This document shows positions 8,063 to 14,876 of a stretch of DNA of 24,000 nt, one piece after another. Within the stretch, counting starts at the first letter, position 1. Every line of letters starts with the position of its first letter. The stretch spans positions 5,039 to 29,038 of the forward strand of contig CAYVPO010000008.1 of NCBI GenBank assembly GCA_964453825.1. The letters are read 5' to 3'. The notes below the pieces were generated by a model. It was not told the DNA's origin. It searched no databases and saw nothing but the letters and a program-made list of their open reading frames with translations. The position numbers and the translations under genes were made by a program. The DNA is from an uncultured Holophagales bacterium (GTDB taxonomy: Bacteria > Acidobacteriota > Thermoanaerobaculia > UBA5066).

Positions 8063-8090
8063 CGTGCTGCGCCGACGTGCTGCGCCGACG
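8063..8090. repeat. Perfect 13-bp tandem direct repeat CGTGCTGCGCCGA x2 (plus 2 nt of a third unit)
   Basis: Read directly: 8063-8075 is identical to 8076-8088, and 8089-8090 continue the unit. It lies in the divergent intergenic region between the lipoprotein (start 8023) and the FHA gene. Confidence 0.9.
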
Positions 8091-8176
8091 CCGGAGAGCG
8101 GGGGAGGGCGAATGCGTCGCGGCCGGGGACCTTTGGGAGGATGCACAGGCCGCCTCCGGCGCGTATCCTTGCAGCA

Positions 8177-8515
8177 ATGGCGTCCCCCCCGACGAGATCG
8201 GCCGGCGTGCGAGAGCCGTCGCCCCGCGGCGCGGCCGGGCCTCACCTGGCGGACAACATGGGAGAGGTCCACCTCCTCGACCGGCCGATCGTGACGATCG
8301 GTGCGGCCCGCGAGAACGACGTGATCGTCCGGCTTCCCGGCGTCTCGAGGCACCACGCGCGGGTTCTCCTCTCCGGGCAGGGAAACTTCTGGCTCGAGGA
8401 CGTCGGCAGCCGCTACGGCACGACGGTGAACGGGGCCGTCGTCACGCGCGCCCGGCTCGCCAACGGGGACGAGATCGCCCTGGGGGCGTGGCGGGCCACC
8501 GTGAACCTCGAGTAG
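8177..8515 (+). CDS. Small stand-alone FHA-domain protein
   Basis: FHA core: IVTIGAARENDVIVRLPGVSRHHARVLLSGQGNFWLEDVGSRYGTTVNGAVV...GDEIALG. TAG stop at 8513-8515. The start is uncertain: ATG 8177, 8141 or 8258 are all in frame and none has a good SD. Confidence 0.75.
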   Translation: MASPPTRSAGVREPSPRGAAGPHLADNMGEVHLLDRPIVTIGAARENDVIVRLPGVSRHHARVLLSGQGNFWLEDVGSRYGTTVNGAVVTRARLANGDEIALGAWRATVNLE

Positions 8516-8581
8516 GCCGCCGGCCGCGCTGCGGCCGATCGACTAACATCGCTCGACCGATCCGGGAGGACGACCGCCGGG

Positions 8582-10165
8582 ATGCCGCTGGCCGAAGGGA
8601 CGCGACTGGGGAATTGCCGCCTCGTCCGCAAGCTGGGCGAAGGGGGGATGGCGGAGGTCTGGGAGGCGATCGACCTCTCGCTCGAACGGCGCATCGCAGT
8701 GAAGGTCGTCAAGGAGACGATCTCGAGCCTCCCGGAGTTCGACGCGCGCTTCCGGCGCGAGGCGAAGACCGCGGCCCAGCTCGAGCACCCGAACGTCCTC
8801 CCGATCTACGGCTTCGGGGTCGAGGACGGCGTCGCCTACATCGAGATGCCGTACCTCTCGGGCGGGACGCTCGGCGCGCGCCTCGACGCCGGCCCGCCTC
8901 CGCCGCCCGAGACCGTCTGCGACTGGGTCGAGGCGCTCGCCTCCGCGCTCGACGCGGCCCACGCGCGCGGGATCATCCACCGCGACATCAAGGCCGTGAA
9001 CGTCCTCTTCGACCAGAGCGGGCGGATCGTCCTCGGCGACTTCGGCCTCGCGAAGAACGTCGCCGACCGCTCGGGGCTCACCGCGACCGGGACGCTCATG
9101 GGGACGCCGATGTACCTCTCCCCGGAGCAGGCGCGCGGGCAGTCGCTGACCCCGGCGTCGGACCAGTTCTCGCTCGGCGTCCTCGCCTACCGGATGCTGG
9201 CGGGCCAGCTCCCGTGGGGGCCGAACGCGGCCCCGGCCGTCGTGATGATGCGGATCGTCGCGCAGGCGCCGCCGCAGCCGTCGTCGCTCCGCCCGGGACT
9301 CCCGCCCGCGGTCGACGCCGTCTTCGAGCGGGTCCTCGCGAAGGAGCCGGCCGGACGCTACGAAAGCTGCGGGGCCTTCGCCGAGGCGCTCCGGGCGGCG
9401 CTCGCACCGCCGCCCGCCCGCGCCGTCGCCGACGAGCCGACCGTCGTTGCGTCGCAGCCCGTCTTCGCCGCGGCGCCCGCTCCCGTCCCGGCGCCCGCGG
9501 CGCCTCGCCCGAGGCCGCGTCCCCCGACGCCGTCCGCTCCGCCGGCGCCCCGTAGGTCGGGCCTCGTCGTCCTCCTGGTCCTCTTCCTCGGCGTGAACTC
9601 CGTCGTCCTCGGGCTCGTCGTCTGGGACAAGGTCGCGCCGCGGCTGCCGTGGGCCTCGCCGGCACCGACCGAGACGCCGGCTCCGACCCCGGCCGCCGTC
9701 CCCACGCCGGAGCCCGACTCGACGCCGGCCGCCGAGCCCGGACCCATCGCCGTCGTCGAGCCGACGGCGGTCGCGGAGGAGGCGACGCCGACGCCGACCG
9801 AGACGCCGACGCCCGAGCCGACTCCGACGCCGACCGAGGTACCGACGCCGACTGTCCCTCCGGCTCTTCCTCCGGGCGCGATCCCGCCAGTCCGCTCATC
9901 GGACGTCCGCCCCGTTTTCGACGAAGAGCTGATGCGGCGCCACGCCGGTATCGACGGTCAGGTCGAGCTGGAGGTCCTGGTGAACGCGGATGGGAGCGTC
10001 GGATCGATCCGCGTGGTCCGGGGCGTCGCCTCCGAGGTCGACGCGGTCGTCGCCGAAGCGGCCCGCGAGCAGCTCGCGTACTCACCGGCCACGCTCAAGG
10101 GGAAGCCGATCGCGGCGCGGAGCCGAGTCCTGGTCGGGGTCCGGTTCCGGGTCTCTCCCCGCTGA
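8582..10165 (+). CDS. Hanks-type Ser/Thr protein kinase, single TM, Pro/Thr-rich spacer, TonB C-terminal domain
   Basis: Kinase motifs GEGGMAEVW, IAVKVV, HRDIKAVNVLF, DFGLAK and GTPMYLSPEQ. TM segment GLVVLLVLFLGVNSVVLGLVVW (9560-9625). PT-rich spacer at about 9658-9880. The TonB_C-like end (about 9881-10162) reads GIDGQVELEVLVNADGSVGSIRVVRG...VDAVVAEAAREQLAYSPATLKGKPIAARSRVLVGVRFRV. Confidence 0.9.
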   Translation: MPLAEGTRLGNCRLVRKLGEGGMAEVWEAIDLSLERRIAVKVVKETISSLPEFDARFRREAKTAAQLEHPNVLPIYGFGVEDGVAYIEMPYLSGGTLGARLDAGPPPPPETVCDWVEALASALDAAHARGIIHRDIKAVNVLFDQSGRIVLGDFGLAKNVADRSGLTATGTLMGTPMYLSPEQARGQSLTPASDQFSLGVLAYRMLAGQLPWGPNAAPAVVMMRIVAQAPPQPSSLRPGLPPAVDAVFERVLAKEPAGRYESCGAFAEALRAALAPPPARAVADEPTVVASQPVFAAAPAPVPAPAAPRPRPRPPTPSAPPAPRRSGLVVLLVLFLGVNSVVLGLVVWDKVAPRLPWASPAPTETPAPTPAAVPTPEPDSTPAAEPGPIAVVEPTAVAEEATPTPTETPTPEPTPTPTEVPTPTVPPALPPGAIPPVRSSDVRPVFDEELMRRHAGIDGQVELEVLVNADGSVGSIRVVRGVASEVDAVVAEAAREQLAYSPATLKGKPIAARSRVLVGVRFRVSPR

Positions 10166-10169
10166 CGCC

Positions 10170-11975
10170 TCAGGCGACGGCCGGTCTTCGTTCTCCCGCC
10201 CGGCAGACGATCTCCTCGTCCGGAGGGGCGCCGGCGATCCGGAGCGCCCGGGCCGGCTTCATCCCCTTCGCGACGGCGACTTTGCCGTCGGGAAAGAAGT
10301 CTGCGAACGAAGGCTCCGGGGTCGCCTCCAGCCGTGCGGCCACCGCATCCGCCCTCGCGGTGTCGAGCGCGAGGCCGTGGGCGGCGAGGTCCCCGCACAT
10401 CTTGTGGCGAAGGAGGTGGATCCGCTGGAGAGTGGAGAGATAGGCACCGCGCCACACCGCGAGGAAGGGCCGGTGGTCCATCGGGTTCACCGAAAGGACC
10501 TTTCTCTGGCGGTTCGCCGGGAGGAACGCGTAGAGGCTCACCTCGGGGTGCTGCCGGAGGACCCAGCGCCGCGTCGTCTCGAAGCGCGTGTAGGAGACGG
10601 TTCGGATGTCCTGGTCGGCGTTGTAGAGGATCCCCCGGCGGCTCGCGAAGCCAGCGGCCCCCTTCGACACGTACGGGACGAGCGGGTCGAGGACGAAGAT
10701 GAGGTCCGCCCCTTTCCCGATCGCCTCGGTGAAGTCGGAGGTTCGGGTGACGGCGCCGTCGACGTAGTAGCGCTCTCCGATCTTCGTCGACGAGAAGGCC
10801 GGGTTGATGCTGAGCGAGGCCTGGATGGCGAGGCTGATCGGCACGTCGTCCAGCCCGGGCTCGCCGAAGAGGACGTGCTCGCGGGCGTCCTGGTCGGTCG
10901 CCCCGACGTAGAGGCGGCGGGGGAGCTTCCGGAAATCGTTCGAGGCGCCCGGCTGCGTGAAGAGGAAGCGGAGCATTTCCTCGTAGCCGTCGGCGCGGAA
11001 CGGCGCCGCGAGGAAGTCGGAGTAGTCGAGGAAGAGCGACGAAAGAGAAGGGCTGACCCGACCGCGGACGAGGTCGGCGAGGCCGGCCGCGAGCGCCCGC
11101 GTCGCCGTCTCCAGCGGCGCCGCGAGATTCGCGAGGTTGACGTACGACATCTTCAGGAGCGAAAGGTCGCAAGGGGGGATGCGCTCGCAGCCGGGGCCGG
11201 CGATCGACGCCATGAACTCGTCGATCGAGTAGCCGTTCGCGAGGATCCCCGTCAGGACCGCGCCCGCGCTGATCCCGAAGTACATGTCGAAGGCGTTCAG
11301 CGCGCCCGGCGGAAGGCAGTCCGCGAGGCACTTCAGCGCGCCCATCTCGAAGTAGATGCCGGTGATCCCGCCCCCGGAGGCGCAGAGCGCCCGCGACCCG
11401 ACGCGGCGCCCCGTCGTCATCCGGAGCAGCTCGCCGCCGACGAGGCGTCCGAGCTCGGCCGAGGCCGCGAGGCGCGGGCCGCGGCGCTCGCCGGCGCCGG
11501 GGGAGGGGTCCCGGAGGACCCTCCCGACGCCGCGGGCGCCGAGCTGCCGGATGCGGTCGTCCACGACGACGGAGTCAGGTCCCGAGAGGACCGCGAGGAT
11601 CCGATGGAAGCCGAAGCGGAGCTCCGGGTCGGGCTCGCCGTCCATCAGGTCGAGGAGCCGGAGGGCGCGCGCGAAGGTCTCCTCGAGGCGCGAGGCAGGA
11701 CCCGGCACCGCCCGGAGGTCGAGAACGACGCCGTTGAAGTACTCCCTGTGGAGCGCCTCGTGGGCCTCGAGAGGGTCCTGCCGGAGAACGAAACGGAAGG
11801 AGGTGCCGCCGAGGCGCAGGACGGTGGCCCCCTCCTCGCGGCCGCGCGTCGTTCCGGGTTGCGCCGAGAGTGCCGCGAGCAGGCTGTCGGAGTGGGCGCG
11901 GCTCGGGGCGAAGTAGAGCAGCTTCTTGCGGACCGGCCGTAGTGCCGGGGTTCGCTCCTGTCCGCTTCTCGCCAC
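10170..11975 (-). CDS. Patatin-like phospholipase family protein with an additional N-terminal domain of about 190 aa
   Basis: Patatin signatures in order: oxyanion CASGGGITGIY (GGGxxG), nucleophile elbow FGISAGAV (GxSxG) and catalytic Asp YVDGAVT (DGA). GTG start at 11975 preceded by a GAGGGGGTGGAG-type purine tract. TGA stop at 10170-10172. Confidence 0.85.
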   Translation of the reverse strand: MARSGQERTPALRPVRKKLLYFAPSRAHSDSLLAALSAQPGTTRGREEGATVLRLGGTSFRFVLRQDPLEAHEALHREYFNGVVLDLRAVPGPASRLEETFARALRLLDLMDGEPDPELRFGFHRILAVLSGPDSVVVDDRIRQLGARGVGRVLRDPSPGAGERRGPRLAASAELGRLVGGELLRMTTGRRVGSRALCASGGGITGIYFEMGALKCLADCLPPGALNAFDMYFGISAGAVLTGILANGYSIDEFMASIAGPGCERIPPCDLSLLKMSYVNLANLAAPLETATRALAAGLADLVRGRVSPSLSSLFLDYSDFLAAPFRADGYEEMLRFLFTQPGASNDFRKLPRRLYVGATDQDAREHVLFGEPGLDDVPISLAIQASLSINPAFSSTKIGERYYVDGAVTRTSDFTEAIGKGADLIFVLDPLVPYVSKGAAGFASRRGILYNADQDIRTVSYTRFETTRRWVLRQHPEVSLYAFLPANRQRKVLSVNPMDHRPFLAVWRGAYLSTLQRIHLLRHKMCGDLAAHGLALDTARADAVAARLEATPEPSFADFFPDGKVAVAKGMKPARALRIAGAPPDEEIVCRAGERRPAVA

Positions 11976-12168
11976 GCTCCACCCCCTCGTCGTGCCGAGG
12001 CGGCCGTTCGATCCGCCCTGCCGGCAATCTCCGCCTTTTGCCGCGAGGCGTCAAGCGGGTCCTCTCTCCCGAGCTCGCCCTGCCGAGTCGCGGGCCGAGG
12101 TTGCACGGGAAACGCGGTCGGCCCGAACGGCGGCCCGTGGGAAACTACGCCGGAGGAGGAGAGACCCG

Positions 12169-13623
12169 ATGCCGACCGCTCGCGAACGGACGGCCCTCTG
12201 GGGCCGGACGATCTTCAGGATCCTCGGACAGAACCGGCTCAGCCAGGCGGGCGTCGTCGTCACGACGGCGACCGGGATCTCGATGGTCTTCCTCTGGGTG
12301 ATCGAGCTGCTTCGCGGCGGGCACGGACACCCCTACTCCGGGATCATCCTCTTCATGATCCTGCCGGCCCTCTTCGTGGCCGGGCTCCTCCTGATTCCCG
12401 CCGGCTACTTCCTCCAGCGCTGGCGCGACAAGAAGGCCGGGCGGGCCGCCGAGCCGCCCCCGCCGGTCGACTTCGGGTCGCCGAAGGTCCGCCGCGTCGC
12501 GACGTTCGTTCTCGCCGCGACGCTCCTGAACGCCACGATCGTCGGCTTCGCCTCCTACAAGGGGCTCGAGGTGATGGACTCCGTCGAGTTCTGCGGCGAG
12601 GCCTGTCACACCGTGATGGCTCCGGAGCTCGCGGCCTATCGCGGCTCGCCGCACTCCCGCATCGGCTGCGTCGAGTGCCACATCGGCGAAGGGGCGTCCT
12701 GGTTCGTCAAGTCGAAGCTCTCGGGCACCCGCCAGGTTTTCGCGGTCGCCTTCAAGACCTACTCGAAGCCGATCCCCTCGCCGGTCCACCACCTCCGTCC
12801 GGCGCGCGAAACGTGCGAGCAGTGCCACTGGCCGCAGCGCTTCACCGGGGACCGCGTCGTCATCAAGAAGAAGTACGCCGAGGACGAGAAGAGCACCGAG
12901 CTGACGACGGTCCTCGTGATGCACGTCGGCGGGCACAACGCGCAGGGGACGGTCGGTATCCACGGCCGCCACCTGGACGCCGGGTCGCGCATCAGCTACA
13001 CGGCGATCGACGGGCGCCGGCAGCAGATCGCCCGCGTCACCTGGAAGGACGACTCCGGAAAGGAAGTGGAGTTCGCGAGCAGCGAGGTCCAGGCGACCCC
13101 CGAGCAGCTCGCGGAGGGGGAGACCCGGGCGATGGACTGCGTCGACTGCCACAACCGGCCGACGCACGCCTTCGAGCTCCCGCACCGCGGCCTCGACCGC
13201 GAGATCACCGCGGGGGCGATCAGCCGCGACCTTCCGTTCGTCAAGAAGAAGGCCCTCGAGCTCCTGAAGGCGAAGTACACCTCCCAGGAGGAGGCCGCGA
13301 AGGCGATCGACGCGGGCCTCCGGGCCTTCTACGCCTCGGAGCATCCGGATGTCGCCGCCGCGAAGAAGGCCGAGCTCGACCGCGCCGTGAAGGCGGTGCA
13401 GTCCGTCTACCTCCGGAACGTCTTCCCGAACATGGACCTGGACTGGGGCTACCACCCGAACAACATCGGGCACGAGGACTTCCCGGGCTGCTTCCGCTGC
13501 CACAGCGGGAACCTCGAAGCGAAGGACGGCACGACCGTCTCCGCGGACTGCGAGGCCTGCCACCAGGTCCTCGCGATGGAAGAGGAGAACCCGGAGATCC
13601 TCACGCAGCTCGGGCTGAAGTAG
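12169..13623 (+). CDS. Membrane-anchored multiheme c-type cytochrome (NapC/NirT-like architecture; 3 N-terminal TM helices, 6 heme sites)
   Basis: ATG 12169 lies 7 nt after GGAGGAGGAGAG. Three hydrophobic helices sit in the first ~175 aa. Heme motifs: CGEACH (CxxxCH, 12592-12609), CVECH, CEQCH, CVDCH, CFRCH and CEACH. TAG stop at 13621-13623. Confidence 0.85.
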   Translation: MPTARERTALWGRTIFRILGQNRLSQAGVVVTTATGISMVFLWVIELLRGGHGHPYSGIILFMILPALFVAGLLLIPAGYFLQRWRDKKAGRAAEPPPPVDFGSPKVRRVATFVLAATLLNATIVGFASYKGLEVMDSVEFCGEACHTVMAPELAAYRGSPHSRIGCVECHIGEGASWFVKSKLSGTRQVFAVAFKTYSKPIPSPVHHLRPARETCEQCHWPQRFTGDRVVIKKKYAEDEKSTELTTVLVMHVGGHNAQGTVGIHGRHLDAGSRISYTAIDGRRQQIARVTWKDDSGKEVEFASSEVQATPEQLAEGETRAMDCVDCHNRPTHAFELPHRGLDREITAGAISRDLPFVKKKALELLKAKYTSQEEAAKAIDAGLRAFYASEHPDVAAAKKAELDRAVKAVQSVYLRNVFPNMDLDWGYHPNNIGHEDFPGCFRCHSGNLEAKDGTTVSADCEACHQVLAMEEENPEILTQLGLK

Positions 13624-14027
13624 GGGGGGGGAGGCGCGGGGGAAGGTCGGCGCCGACCGGCGGCATGGCCCCGCTCGGTGCGAGAGCATCGGACGGGGCC
13701 GAATCGTTCGACCGAGAAGCCCGGGGCGGGTCCGTGCCAGGCGGGGCTCGCGTCTCTGTGGCCCGCGCCCGATCGGTGCATCCCGCGGCTCGCTCTGCGC
13801 GCGCGCGACCCGAATCGGGCCCGCCTGCGCGGGCCGACGGGCGGCCGCGAACTCCTCGCTCCGCTCGTCAGACAGCGCGGCCGCTTCCCCCGTCGGCCTG
13901 CTCGTCGGTCCCGTTCGGGTTCCCGCGCGTGCTCGAACGCTCCCTCGCAGGACGCACCGACCGGACGCTGACGGTGTGGGCCTCCTCCCTCGTTCCCGGG
14001 ACATGCCGATGTTCGAGCGGTCGTGGG

Positions 14028-14876
14028 ATGATCGTTGTGATGTACGGACCGACGATCCTGGCGCGAACGATGAGCAGGCCGCGGCGGACGGGGAAGTCCG
14101 GCGCGCTGTGGCAGTACCACTCCAGGAGCGACCACCACTCGAAGGTCGCGTGCTGGGGAATCCTCTTCGACCTGCTTCGCGAGAGTCCCGTCCTCCGGGA
14201 GCACGTGGCGAACGGAGCGGTCGTCTTCGGCCTCAACCACGAGATGAAGGACTTCAAGCACGATCGCAAGAAGGACCTCGATCTCGTCCTGGCGCGGCCG
14301 CGGAGCGTGCCGAAGCCGGAGGAGCCCGGCTTCCGTGCCCTCGTGAAGGACTAGGGCATCGAGCTGACGACCGAAGAGAAGAAGATGCTCGAAGGACTCC
14401 CCGACGTCCGGAAGGCGGACGTCGGAAGCGTGCAGGTCGCACTGGAGGCCAAGGCCTGTATGACCGAGCACGTCAAGGCGCTCCCGCGGCTCTACGACGA
14501 GCTCAACTCCAGCCACGAGACCATCCACGCCGCGGCCGACGAAGGGATCGCCGTCGGTTTCGTCATGGTCAACCTCGCCGAGGAGTTTCGCAGTCCTGGC
14601 CGTCAGACGGGTCGCAAGCCCATCATCACCGAACACGACCAGCCCATGGTCACCGAACGGGTCGTCGCGAAGATCCGTGAGATGCCGCGCCGGACCAAGC
14701 CCGGAGAACACGGTTTCGACGCCCTCTCGATCGTCGTCGTCGAGTGTCGGAACGACGTGTCGCCGGTGAATCTCGTCCAAAAGTCGCCGGCGCCATCTGC
14801 GGGGGACATCTACGACTACGGGACCATGATCCGGCGGGTGGCCCAGCTCTATGCGTCCCGATTTCGAATCCTCTGA
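14028..14876 (+). pseudogene. Type II restriction endonuclease-like gene (PD-(D/E)xK) interrupted by one in-frame TAG
   Basis: ORFs ending at 14354 and starting at 14385 are in the same frame (14355+30=14385), separated only by TAG 14352-14354. The read-through is ...KKDLDLVLARP...ALVKD*GIELTTEEKKMLEGLPDVRKADVGSVQVALEAKACMTEH.... The candidate catalytic D (DLDLVL) and the ExK (LEAKA) therefore fall on opposite sides of the stop. It is convergent with, and adjacent to, dcm-vsr. The 5' start (ATG 14028) is uncertain. Confidence 0.6.
14352..14354 (+). other. In-frame amber codon splitting the endonuclease reading frame
   Basis: gtg aag gac TAG ggc atc gag, read directly. TAG is a genuine stop in this window: the FHA gene, the 12169 cytochrome, argR and vsr all end in TAG. 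Confidence 0.9.

Noticed and set aside
8024-8356. N-terminal 111 codons of the 414-aa ORF 7112..8356 (minus)
   Set aside because: This part is Arg-rich and overlaps the FHA gene region on the other strand. A clean signal peptide plus Cys begins at the internal ATG 8023, so the gene was shortened.
9096-11942. Antisense or off-frame ORFs across the kinase and patatin genes (9096..10085 -, 9358..9747 -, 9649..10443 +, 9958..11331 -, 9990..11942 +, 11356..11916 +)
   Set aside because: They have the same low-complexity Arg/Pro/Gly/Glu composition. The kinase and patatin frames contain complete ordered catalytic motifs.
13678-13971. 97-aa ORF in the gap left of the R-M island
   Set aside because: It is very Arg/Pro-rich (…RLALRARDPNRARLRGPTGGRELL…), has no SD and no recognisable fold signature. 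It was treated as non-coding.
14352-14354. TAG as a reassigned or recoded sense codon (for example pyrrolysine-type) instead of a nonsense mutation
   Set aside because: TAG clearly terminates four other well-supported genes in this window (the FHA gene at 8513-8515, the cytochrome at 13621-13623, argR and vsr). I saw no obvious recoding structure downstream. Low-level read-through cannot be excluded from sequence alone.
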